Virus record (IMG/VR): IMGVR_UViG_3300045988_180675
Coordinates: 1-64,000 of that record
Direction: 5' to 3' (one strand)
Length of the DNA: 64,000 nt
Source of the DNA: a virus
The position numbers and the translations under genes are program-made. This document shows positions 53,887 through 62,552 of the stretch, piece after piece. Below the pieces are notes generated by a model. The model did no database searches. It was not told the DNA's origin and worked only from the letters and a program-made list of their open reading frames with translations. The first letter of the stretch is position 1. Every line of letters starts with the position of its first letter.

Positions 53887-56211
53887 TTATCTAATCTTTT
53901 CCTTACAAACGAATGCTAAGCACATTCCTAACATAGATAATGTGAAGAGCTTTAATGTGTCGTTCATATTGTCACCAGTAGGGGCTGTATGCTCACTGAT
54001 AACAGTTTCAGATTGTGGCTCGTTATTTGTTGGCGTAGTTGTTTCTTCAATAGGCTTCTTTGTGTAGACGTGAGTTCTAATGCCGTCTGCCTCTTTTGTT
54101 TCAACAAAGTTATAGCCATCAATATCTTGTTTTTCTACAAAGCCTTCTGCCAATTCTCTTAACTCGTTACCATTTGTATCAATGAATCTTGTGATCTTTA
54201 ATTCGGGATTCTCTACAACTGGACTATCATTTGGAACTTCTGTTTCAACCTTTGTGTAAACATGTGTTCTAATATCTGCCGTTTCAGTTGTTTCCTTGAA
54301 GATATAACCAGAAATCTCCTTCTTTTCTACAAAATTTTCTTCTAGTTCATGGATATCATTGCCCTGTTCATCTACAAATCTAGTCACCTTTAATTCAGGT
54401 AATGTCACTTCTGGTGCATCACTTGGCACTTCCTCATGTAATTCTTCATATACATAAGTTCTGATGCCGTCTTGGTCTGGCAACTTTTCTTTAAACACAT
54501 ACTTCGTGTTATTGAATGTGATTTCAGCTTTCTTATCTGTAAAACCATTCTCAAACTCTGCAATTTGTTCATTGTCGGTATTCACAAATGTTGTAATTTT
54601 AAACTCTGGGATTTCTACAGTTGGTGCATCACCTGGAATCTCATGTTGCTCATTCCATGTGTTTGTCACGTTAAATCCGTTATCCATATCTCCTGCAACA
54701 GAAGTCATGTAGAAATTCATTTCATCCTCTTTAATAGAATACTGAATCTCTTGATTCCCATTATACTTACGTAAGCCCGTAAAAGTGTATTCCCAGTTGT
54801 TTGATGGATCTAATACGATGGACTTACCTGTATCAACATTATCAGCATATAAATGCATTACTGCTTGAGTACCTGTATTACCTACCCAAGTCTTAGATAC
54901 TTTAATATCTCTTGTGATAGGCTCATCCTTTACAGTAACAATATTGTCCTTTGCAATTGACGTTTGAATAGTAAATACTGTGCTATTAAGTTTGTAGCCG
55001 AATGGTGCTTCAATTTCTTTTACTTCATAATTTGCTTCAAACACCATATTCGGAGTAATTGCTACACCATTTTCATCTGTTACAAGTGTTTGAGTAGTGC
55101 CGTTATCTACATTCTTGATTTCAAACTTAGCACCAGCAAGTTTTGTTCCTGTTTCTGAATCCTGCTTAACAATTTGTAGCTTACCTGTTGTTGTTACACC
55201 AGTAATGCCACCTACATCAGCAAGTTTGTATTGTGCTGTAACATCCTTTGTTACTTCATCACTTGAAAGTGCAACTTTATTCTTTTGAATTGTGCCATCT
55301 GTCATAGAGGTTTTCATGAACAACATGTAACCCTGTGTACCAATGTCACCTAGATCCAATGTCCACGACTTAAAGTCTGGAGAGAATTGAATCTTATCTG
55401 TAACATCTACAATCTCTCCCCAATGAGAGATAGTTGCATTTTCATTGTATGTTACCTTCTGCAACTTAAATCTTTCTTTCGTAACATCTACTGGATTTAA
55501 GAACCAGCCATTATCAGTTACAAGACTATCGGACAATACTACATGATGTAAGTCCATAGCACTCTTGTTGATTCTAATGATCCACTTTACTGTGTTAGGT
55601 TCTGCTGGTAAGCCTTCACCCCACTTAGCAATTACTTCACCACTTGTACTTGGTCGTGTAATTGTTGTTTCACATGAGGCTTGGTAGCCATCATATACGC
55701 CATTACCCTTGATGGTTAATGTAATAGTGTTAGTCTTATTTAGTTCAATGTGGTTCTTATTAAATGGCACCCACATGAAAATATTACCACTTAGGTTAGA
55801 ACGGTTATTAGCCTGCTCATTGAATACTACGTTAATCTTGCCACCTTCTGTGCCGTTAGGTAATAGTGTACCTTCGCCAATGACATCTTGAGTTACAGTG
55901 TCAATGATAGGGAATGTTTTGTCCAACTTATCAGAACTCATGTCAATTTGTTCTGGCACGATAATATCAAAATAATCTCCTGTATGGACTGTTTCTGTTG
56001 CGTTCCATGTCATGTTTAAAAAGAAACTTGATCCATCGTAAAGGTTGCTTTGATGCACTGCGTTGCCACTATCTCTTAGTGATACCTGGACGAGCTGTAC
56101 ATCCAACCTACGTGGTGATGGGGGGGTAATCTCGGCTTCTTCTGCGTGTGCAGGCATTGCCATACAAATCAAAGTGAATATCATTGTTACGAATGTTAAT
56201 ATCTTTTTCAT
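53887..56211 (-). CDS. Cna-like (collagen-adhesin/MSCRAMM-type) wall-anchored adhesin
   Basis: Start moved to MKKILTFV (ATG 56211, AAGAGGAAAAG RBS). N-terminal A-region-like domain, two Cna-B type domains (GKLQIVKQDSETGTKLAGAKFEI..; ITRDIKVSKTWVGN..), three ~55-aa repeats ending GIRTHVYTK. C-terminal APTGD + TM + KEKIR. Confidence 0.75.
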   Translation of the reverse strand: MKKILTFVTMIFTLICMAMPAHAEEAEITPPSPRRLDVQLVQVSLRDSGNAVHQSNLYDGSSFFLNMTWNATETVHTGDYFDIIVPEQIDMSSDKLDKTFPIIDTVTQDVIGEGTLLPNGTEGGKINVVFNEQANNRSNLSGNIFMWVPFNKNHIELNKTNTITLTIKGNGVYDGYQASCETTITRPSTSGEVIAKWGEGLPAEPNTVKWIIRINKSAMDLHHVVLSDSLVTDNGWFLNPVDVTKERFKLQKVTYNENATISHWGEIVDVTDKIQFSPDFKSWTLDLGDIGTQGYMLFMKTSMTDGTIQKNKVALSSDEVTKDVTAQYKLADVGGITGVTTTGKLQIVKQDSETGTKLAGAKFEIKNVDNGTTQTLVTDENGVAITPNMVFEANYEVKEIEAPFGYKLNSTVFTIQTSIAKDNIVTVKDEPITRDIKVSKTWVGNTGTQAVMHLYADNVDTGKSIVLDPSNNWEYTFTGLRKYNGNQEIQYSIKEDEMNFYMTSVAGDMDNGFNVTNTWNEQHEIPGDAPTVEIPEFKITTFVNTDNEQIAEFENGFTDKKAEITFNNTKYVFKEKLPDQDGIRTYVYEELHEEVPSDAPEVTLPELKVTRFVDEQGNDIHELEENFVEKKEISGYIFKETTETADIRTHVYTKVETEVPNDSPVVENPELKITRFIDTNGNELRELAEGFVEKQDIDGYNFVETKEADGIRTHVYTKKPIEETTTPTNNEPQSETVISEHTAPTGDNMNDTLKLFTLSMLGMCLAFVCKEKIR

Positions 56212-56248
56212 TTTACTTTTCCTCTTTTCTTTCTTTTGAATATTGTGT

Positions 56249-56887
56249 TTAATAGTTCTTTGCTGAAAATACGATACCGATACTGTCATCCAACCATGTG
56301 TCTGGAATCTTCTTTGTACATTCTTTAAATCTGGTTAATGGGATATCCCAGATATTGTAAGTTGCCTTCTCAAATGACATCTTTATTCCAGATGTTTCTT
56401 CATCGAAGTCCTCTTCCTGATCATGGAAGTACATGCCACTAATATCACACTTACCTTTTTCAAAGATGATTTTTGGTGAAGTTTCGTCAGTACAGTCAAA
56501 ATGCCAATCAATCTCTGCTGTGCAATCTGCTTCGCTTTCTTGTTTTAACATTAAATCGCTTAGGTAAGCGACAATAGGTTTATCCGTAGGATCTAGGACA
56601 TTTCTTGTGTAATAATCAAATTTACTTACAATTTCTCCGTAGTTTTCGTTTCTGTAGTTTTCAATATCCATGCCATCAAGAATGTGATACAGATTGACAA
56701 TCATGGCAGCTGCTATGGACTTATTATTTTTGTTCAATTCTGTTTTCCAGTTATCCTTTATTTTCGTGATAAATTCTGCCATCTTTTCTTGTGCTTCTTT
56801 GATTGTTTCTACTTCAAATAAGACCGTTGCAAGCATTTCTCTGTTGTTGTCTGTATCTTTGCTATAATTTTTGATTAAAAATTTCAT
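56249..56887 (-). CDS. hypothetical protein, paralog family C
   Basis: Paralog of 45631..46173. First gene of the C-adhesin-B operon. Confidence 0.6.
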   Translation of the reverse strand: MKFLIKNYSKDTDNNREMLATVLFEVETIKEAQEKMAEFITKIKDNWKTELNKNNKSIAAAMIVNLYHILDGMDIENYRNENYGEIVSKFDYYTRNVLDPTDKPIVAYLSDLMLKQESEADCTAEIDWHFDCTDETSPKIIFEKGKCDISGMYFHDQEEDFDEETSGIKMSFEKATYNIWDIPLTRFKECTKKIPDTWLDDSIGIVFSAKNY

Positions 56888-56911
56888 AATTTTTCTCCCT
56901 TTTATATACTC

Positions 56912-56940
56912 ATTATATCATACTATTTTTTTTTTAGCAA
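56912..56940 (-). promoter_or_regulatory. element-consensus promoter with an A10 homopolymer in the -35/spacer
   Basis: TTGCTA(56940-56935)-AAAAAAAAATAGTATGA (17 nt)-TATAAT(56917-56912). The A-run occupies 56926-56935. Confidence 0.55.
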
Positions 56941-57077
56941 ATAAAAAAGAGGCTTTCGCCTCATATAAGATAAGGGTTTGCTTTTTTAGCAAACTATTCA
57001 AGGATATGGGGTATGACATCCCCCAGAGCTTTTGCTCGTCTTTATATTACTATGACCTTGAACAAACTGCAACTGTT

Positions 57078-57344
57078 TTATAAACAATTTTCAAAATAGA
57101 AATCTACTGCATGTGTACTGGAGAATATCCCTAGTTCCACAAATAATTCGCCAGCATCTTCATTGTCATAATAATAGTCTGCCATTGCGTTGCTGATGTA
57201 GTCGTAGAATTTGTTAGCTGGTCCATTTTCGTTTCCTTCTTTGTCCAGTAATTTCCAAAATTCGTCGGCATCCTTGGTGATCTCTAGGTGTTTACATTTG
57301 TTTTTTAAGTGAGTTATAAATCGTGATTTTTCTTTTGTTTCCAT
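57078..57344 (-). CDS. hypothetical protein
   Basis: 88-aa ORF followed by a GAGGC-gaaa-GCCTC terminator. Confidence 0.5.
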   Translation of the reverse strand: METKEKSRFITHLKNKCKHLEITKDADEFWKLLDKEGNENGPANKFYDYISNAMADYYYDNEDAGELFVELGIFSSTHAVDFYFENCL

Positions 57345-57348
57345 ATCT

Positions 57349-57639
57349 TTACAATAGTGGTAAGTAACGGTAAATTTGCGACACTACAAAAGAATCTTTA
57401 CTTGAAAAGTGCATGTGCTTACGGATATTTTCTTTTCCTATTCTTTCGTATACTGGTAAACAAAATCCTTGTATAAACGAAAGAGAAATCCATTTTACGC
57501 TTTCTGGGATTATGATTTCATTTGTTGAATCCCAATCGAATTTCTCGTAAACCTGTTCTTGAAAAACTTCTGTACCGTTGTGTTGTCCAACTAATATTCC
57601 ACGTTCCTTTTTGTTTATTTGTAGTGTTATTCTGCTCAT
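57349..57639 (-). CDS. hypothetical protein
   Basis: 96-aa ORF with a GAAAGGAAG RBS and a consensus promoter upstream. Confidence 0.5.
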   Translation of the reverse strand: MSRITLQINKKERGILVGQHNGTEVFQEQVYEKFDWDSTNEIIIPESVKWISLSFIQGFCLPVYERIGKENIRKHMHFSSKDSFVVSQIYRYLPLL

Positions 57640-57801
57640 TACTTATCTTCCTTTCCATACTCTTATTATACTACTATATTTTCTTTTTAGCAAGTATTGT
57701 TAAGACTTTAACTTTGATTGGATCTAAAAAAAATAATATATTTTTATCAAATTTCTAAATAATTTCTTGCATATACTGTTATGGCATGCTAATATATAGG
57801 A

Positions 57802-57914
57802 GCAGGGGGACATACATCAGCCATCCCTATATTGATAAACATTACCCCCTGTATTTCCAACTTTCCCCAAAGAGTTAGAAAAAAGAAGAAGGTTATAGTC
57901 GCCTTCTTTTTTTT
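57802..57914 (+). ncRNA. candidate small RNA, family member A
   Basis: Promoter TTGCAT(57767-57772)-17-TAATAT(57790-57795). CAGGGGG..CCCCCTG 7-bp stem with a CCAUCCC loop, CCAAAGAGTTAGAAAAAAG tail, GAAGG..CCTTC terminator plus U8. Confidence 0.45.
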
Positions 57915-57972
57915 ATTTGCTTTGTAGAAAATATTGTGATATAATACAATACAGATAAGAAGGGAAGGAAAT

Positions 57973-58143
57973 ATGGAAGAAAATAAGATATTAGTAACAG
58001 AACTACCGTTGCCGTTTGACGAGAAAGATTTGGGAGAATTAAAGAGTGCAAAGTGTATTATTGACTATCGTGGAGATGGAAAGCTTGTTGTGAAAGATGG
58101 ACAGCTCGCATTGTCTTATGATGGTTGTTGGTGGAAGAAGTAA
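57973..58143 (+). CDS. small hypothetical protein (56 aa, below the track cutoff)
   Basis: MEENKILVTELPLPFDEKDLGELKSAKCIIDYRGDGKLVVKDGQLALSYDGCWWKK. TTGCTT-17-TATAAT promoter, AGAAGGGAAGG RBS, terminator at 58173-58200. Confidence 0.45.
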   Translation: MEENKILVTELPLPFDEKDLGELKSAKCIIDYRGDGKLVVKDGQLALSYDGCWWKK

Positions 58144-58172
58144 GGGATGATAGATAACAATATTTACAAAAC

Positions 58173-58200
58173 AAAAAAGAGTCGAAAGACTCTCTTTTTT
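58173..58200. terminator. bidirectional terminator
   Basis: AGAGTC-gaaa-GACTCT with an A-run and a T-run. Confidence 0.6.
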
Positions 58201-58916
58201 TACGACAACATTTGTCGCTTGTTAGATCTGATTATATTACGTGATTTTACTTCTACACTATATACATTGGAAGATTTATCTTCTTGATTTGTTCTTTCGC
58301 AGAACGAGGTTAACATATCTCTTAATTCTGCTTCATCGTAATATTCATCGTCTAGCACAAACATTGCTTTCACGTGGCAAACCTTTTCGTTGCCCTCAAC
58401 TGTATCCTTGCAGGCTTCTGGACACACGTCTAACAGAAAATCCTGTTGTGTAAGGTAGCCATATTTGGCGAATAACTCTGTTGTTTTCTCGAAAGCGATG
58501 TATTGTGGATCGCAAACCTCTTCACTACGGATCTTCATGTTGAAACTTTCAAAGTCTGGATTTTCAGCTATCAACTTTTGCATGAATTTGATCTCTTCGA
58601 CAATTTCATTCATTCTCTTTTCTGCTTTTTCACAAAGCTTTCCAAAACGTTTTTCTAGGACGTTAATCATGTACTGTTTATCTTTTTTACTAATTTCTTC
58701 CATCCACTCGATATGCGTCTTTCCGATTCCGTCTTGCCCAGACATCCAAAGGATCACTTCAATCTTCGTATCTCGGTAAAGCTTGTCAATGTTAAATAAT
58801 TGAGATAGATCGCTTCCATCTTTTGCTAAGTGGTGGAGCGTTCTCGTTACAATGTCATCAAACGATTCTGTCTGTGAATTTTTGTTGCAGATGATAATAT
58901 CGTATATTTTCTTCAT
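58200..58916 (-). CDS. hypothetical protein, paralog family D (divergent copy)
   Basis: MKKIYDIIIC.. Size and C-terminal blocks (KYGYLTQQDFL) match family D (HGYISQQDYL, TGYNYQHKYI). Confidence 0.55.
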   Translation of the reverse strand: MKKIYDIIICNKNSQTESFDDIVTRTLHHLAKDGSDLSQLFNIDKLYRDTKIEVILWMSGQDGIGKTHIEWMEEISKKDKQYMINVLEKRFGKLCEKAEKRMNEIVEEIKFMQKLIAENPDFESFNMKIRSEEVCDPQYIAFEKTTELFAKYGYLTQQDFLLDVCPEACKDTVEGNEKVCHVKAMFVLDDEYYDEAELRDMLTSFCERTNQEDKSSNVYSVEVKSRNIIRSNKRQMLS

Positions 58917-58941
58917 TTTTATTCTCCTTTGTTATACCTAT

Positions 58942-58970
58942 ATTATACTATACTATTTTCTAAAAAGCAA
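58942..58970 (-). promoter_or_regulatory. element-consensus promoter
   Basis: TTGCTT-17-TATAAT, back-to-back with the plus-strand promoter at 58993. Confidence 0.55.
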
Positions 58971-58992
58971 ATATAGAAAGAGAAACTTACAT

Positions 58993-59021
58993 TTGCTAAA
59001 AAGAATATAGTATGCTATAAT
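58993..59021 (+). promoter_or_regulatory. element-consensus promoter
   Basis: TTGCTA-AAAAGAATATAGTATGC-TATAAT (TGn extended -10). Confidence 0.6.
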
Positions 59022-59049
59022 AAGTATATAAGGAAAAGGAGAAGGTTAT

Positions 59050-59766
59050 ATGAAAAGAAAGTATAACATTGTAGTATGTCCTAGATGGGAATTACCACTT
59101 AAACAATTGAATATTGAAACAGGGGTAAAATTTTGTGGAAGAGAATTAGCTGATATGTCTGATGGGAAATTTCCACTTTCCTTATTAGATGTTGATAACG
59201 TCATCTCACACATTCGTCTTGATATTTTGACATATTTGTTTTTCATAAAACCAGAATATGATAGCTTTTTTCAGCTGGTAAAAGATGTTGCAAACAAAAA
59301 ACAAGATATTGAGAAAATTCTTCAAAATGTTTTTGGAGAATTATGTGACCTTGCAAAGAAGAGGATCTTAGTTATCCAAAAAGAGGTTCGTGAGATGTAT
59401 GAGGAATTTAAAAATGACGATGGAAAAACTATTGATGAAGAATTTGGCGATGATGTTCGTCCAGCTTTAGTTCCAGTCATTCACAAGATCGAAGAATCGC
59501 TTGAAAACTTTGTAAAAACTGGATATAACTACCAACACAAATATATTGAGGACAAGTACCCTGAAGCCATCAGAATTGAAGAAGAGCCAGATGGAGAAGA
59601 AATTGAGGTTATGGACCTATTATTCTTCTTTGATCCAAAGTGCTTAAATGTGGATCTACTCGAAAGACGAGTCGAGTCGTTTATTGAAGATATGCAATGT
59701 GATGCACGTATATTGCTGATTAAAAAGAATAGCATATTCCAACCAAGCAAGATGAAGATAAGTTAA
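59050..59766 (+). CDS. hypothetical protein, paralog family D
   Basis: 238 aa with an AAGGAGAAGG RBS. Confidence 0.6.
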   Translation: MKRKYNIVVCPRWELPLKQLNIETGVKFCGRELADMSDGKFPLSLLDVDNVISHIRLDILTYLFFIKPEYDSFFQLVKDVANKKQDIEKILQNVFGELCDLAKKRILVIQKEVREMYEEFKNDDGKTIDEEFGDDVRPALVPVIHKIEESLENFVKTGYNYQHKYIEDKYPEAIRIEEEPDGEEIEVMDLLFFFDPKCLNVDLLERRVESFIEDMQCDARILLIKKNSIFQPSKMKIS

Positions 59767-59794
59767 GTTAAAAACGAAAAGAGAGGAAAAATAC

Positions 59795-60250
59795 ATGGCA
59801 AAAGAAATTAACAAAGAAAAAGTATTAGAAGCCTACAAGCAGGCAACAAAAAAAGGAACATTAACGGAAGGACAGCTATTTGCATTTAGTCAGTTTGCGA
59901 GTCAGTTTATAGACGAATTTGGATATATGCTCAAGAAAGTTATGAGAGAGTTTTGTCCAGATGTTGCAAAGGATATTTATAAGCTACATCATTTTAAAAT
60001 TATGGATGATGTGATTTATCTCAATTATGACGCTGGAGAACTTGGAGAAAGAGAAGACTCTTTCTATATGCCACTCAATTGGATCGGATCCGATCTTACG
60101 AGAAAGGAAAAGAAAATTGAGGGAGAAATTGTTGAGCTTGAAAATCGAAAAAGACGTTTGCAGAAGATGATTGAAAGAAAGAGTGAAACACTTAAATATC
60201 TGGAAGAAGAATATGAGCGATTTGGAACGGAAGAAAGAGAGGCGAAGTAA
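59795..60250 (+). CDS. hypothetical protein, paralog family E (coiled-coil C-terminus)
   Basis: 151 aa with an AGAGAGGAAA RBS. Confidence 0.55.
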   Translation: MAKEINKEKVLEAYKQATKKGTLTEGQLFAFSQFASQFIDEFGYMLKKVMREFCPDVAKDIYKLHHFKIMDDVIYLNYDAGELGEREDSFYMPLNWIGSDLTRKEKKIEGEIVELENRKRRLQKMIERKSETLKYLEEEYERFGTEEREAK

Positions 60251-60726
60251 TGAAAGCGGGTATCGAAAATGCTAAGACAACATTAGAAATCTACGAAAAG
60301 CTAGAAGCTGGCAAAACAATTTCTGTTGAAGAAGTTGAAACTTGCTGGGGTTTTATTGCTGATGTTTACAGTGGGATGGAGAAAAAGGTGGAGAAGATAT
60401 TATCACTTTTTAGATATGGTGATAGAAATCTGTTCAAGAAGATATCGTGGATTAAGGTTGAAAAAAATACTGACGCTGTATATGTTGGATATGAAACAAC
60501 AAGGGGAAATGAAACCCAGGCTTCTTTGAAAAGAAAGTTTTTGTCAATGAGTGATAAAGAACTGAATGAGTGGCACCAAAAATCAAAGAAGAAAAATCTT
60601 GCTTCCTTGATCTTAGATATTGAAAGAACAAGACTTGAACTTACAGCATGCAAGCAATCAATTAGAAACAGTGACAAAGAAATAGAAGAATTAAAAAACA
60701 AATTAAAGAAAATGAAAAAGAGATAG
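60250..60726 (+). CDS. hypothetical protein, paralog family E
   Basis: 158 aa. TAATG stop/start overlap with the previous gene. Confidence 0.55.
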   Translation: MKAGIENAKTTLEIYEKLEAGKTISVEEVETCWGFIADVYSGMEKKVEKILSLFRYGDRNLFKKISWIKVEKNTDAVYVGYETTRGNETQASLKRKFLSMSDKELNEWHQKSKKKNLASLILDIERTRLELTACKQSIRNSDKEIEELKNKLKKMKKR

Positions 60727-60741
60727 GAGAAGGTAAAAAGT

Positions 60742-60978
60742 ATGAGAAAAATTTTGGCAAGCGAAAAAGCATACAACATCATTACCGATAATTTGAAAGG
60801 TGTAGCGAAAGAGCTACATGCCTACAAGTTGGGAGATCTTGGTAGTTGTGAACAATTAGAAGAATTTATTGACGATAATTGCGATAGAAGTTACATCGCA
60901 AAAGGCGAAAATATTGAGGATGTTGAAGAATATATCGAAATTGCATCCTTTGACGACAATGGGGAAGTGATAAAATGA
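60742..60978 (+). CDS. hypothetical acidic protein
   Basis: 78 aa with a TAGGAGAAGG RBS. Confidence 0.5.
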   Translation: MRKILASEKAYNIITDNLKGVAKELHAYKLGDLGSCEQLEEFIDDNCDRSYIAKGENIEDVEEYIEIASFDDNGEVIK

Positions 60979-61343
60979 AGAAAATAGGGAAATTATTTCT
61001 GGTGATTACTTTGGTATCGACTTTACTTGGATGTTTTGACACAAGAAGAGGTGGCGATAGAAGTCTAATGAGGGACGTTAAGCCTACTACTTACGAGTTA
61101 TCGGAACAAACAAAGAAAGAAATAGAAGAAGGAACAGACAAAATCATTATTGCCGAGTTCTTCTATCGTGAAAGGTCCACGAGTATGACAGAAGATTCCG
61201 TAACAGCTTCTATTGTGGCAACGGTAAATGCTATCAGCGAGAAGATGGAAGAAAATGGATATACGATTATCTCTTTGGATACGACAACACAGGGAGAAGA
61301 GTCGAGAGCAATTTCGTTTATAGCGATCTTCAGTAAAAAATAA
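60975..61343 (+). CDS. lipoprotein
   Basis: Lipobox TLLGC. ATGA overlap with the previous gene. Confidence 0.55.
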   Translation: MKKIGKLFLVITLVSTLLGCFDTRRGGDRSLMRDVKPTTYELSEQTKKEIEEGTDKIIIAEFFYRERSTSMTEDSVTASIVATVNAISEKMEENGYTIISLDTTTQGEESRAISFIAIFSKK

Positions 61344-61537
61344 GAGAAGAAAGAGCTGGAATTTCCACTCTTTTTTTATCTGTGATTGGTTAGTGAACTA
61401 CTCGACAATAAATTGCCAAGTTTCCTGCTTCAACTACCATTGCGTCTAGCCTACATGGTTTATGTTGGGGCTATTCCATCTCCACTTAATATATTCTTTT
61501 TATAATAATTATTTCCTTCTAAATATCAAACTAATGC

Positions 61538-61566
61538 TTGCTAAAAAGAAATTACTGTGCTATACT
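61538..61566 (+). promoter_or_regulatory. element-consensus promoter
   Basis: TTGCTA-AAAAGAAATTACTGTGC-TATACT. Confidence 0.6.
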
Positions 61567-61597
61567 ATAGGTATAGAAAGAAAGAGAGAAAAATATT

Positions 61598-61822
61598 ATG
61601 AAAAAGATAAATCAAAAGACAGAACAAGTATCGGCACCAGAACAGGTATCAAAGCTACAACCATTTCCATTTATTGAAAATGAGGATTATTTATTAAAGT
61701 TAAAGAGTGGAGATTATGCTGTCGCATATTGGAACCAAGGGCAGTTTTATTCAGGATTTGGCGACCTATACATTGAAGAAGAGATTGTGGGTATTGTAGC
61801 ATTGAAGGATCTGGGGCTGTAA
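61598..61822 (+). CDS. hypothetical protein
   Basis: 74 aa with a purine-rich RBS. Confidence 0.5.
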   Translation: MKKINQKTEQVSAPEQVSKLQPFPFIENEDYLLKLKSGDYAVAYWNQGQFYSGFGDLYIEEEIVGIVALKDLGL

Positions 61823-61823
61823 C

Positions 61824-62534
61824 ATGAAGAGAAGATACAACGTTGCAGTTTGTCCTAGATGGGATCTTCCAGTCGAGCATTTAAACACTGAAGCAGGAAT
61901 GCAATTTTGCGAAAGAGAGTTACAGGATATGTACGATGGAGAGTTTCCACTCGTCTTGTTGGATACTCGTGAGATTGCAAAAAACATCTGCTACGATCTT
62001 CTGTTTTATTTGTTTCTTATTTACCCTAGTTATTACGAGAGTTTCTTTTCGTTGATAAAGGAGATTAGTGAAAAGAGAAATGTCGAGCAAATTCTTGGAG
62101 ATTGTTTTGGTGAGCCATGTGAACTTGCCAAAAAGAAGATCCCTGCAATCGAGAAGGATATCGTTGGGATGTATGAAGAATTTAAGTTTGATAACGGAGG
62201 ATTTGTTAATAAAAAATTCGACAAAAACTACCGTTTATCCAGTCAGCACATTCTTTGTAGGTACGAACATTCACTTGAAAGCTTTGTGAAAACTGGCTAC
62301 TTACATCAATATGAATATATTGAAGATAAGTATCCAGAAGCCATTAGGGTTGAAAAAGAGGAAGATGGATCAGAAGTTGAAGTGATGGATCTATTATTCT
62401 TCTACGATCGTAAGAAATTGGATGAAGATGCCATTCGACAGCGTATCAATTTTTTTGCTAGTGAAACCAAATGCGAGGTTCGAGTTATAGTTGTTAAATT
62501 TGATGATGTGTCACAACAAGAAGAAAATGGATAA
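61824..62534 (+). CDS. hypothetical protein, paralog family D
   Basis: 236 aa. Close paralog of 59050..59766. Confidence 0.6.
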   Translation: MKRRYNVAVCPRWDLPVEHLNTEAGMQFCERELQDMYDGEFPLVLLDTREIAKNICYDLLFYLFLIYPSYYESFFSLIKEISEKRNVEQILGDCFGEPCELAKKKIPAIEKDIVGMYEEFKFDNGGFVNKKFDKNYRLSSQHILCRYEHSLESFVKTGYLHQYEYIEDKYPEAIRVEKEEDGSEVEVMDLLFFYDRKKLDEDAIRQRINFFASETKCEVRVIVVKFDDVSQQEENG

Positions 62535-62552
62535 GAAAAGGGAGAACAAAAG

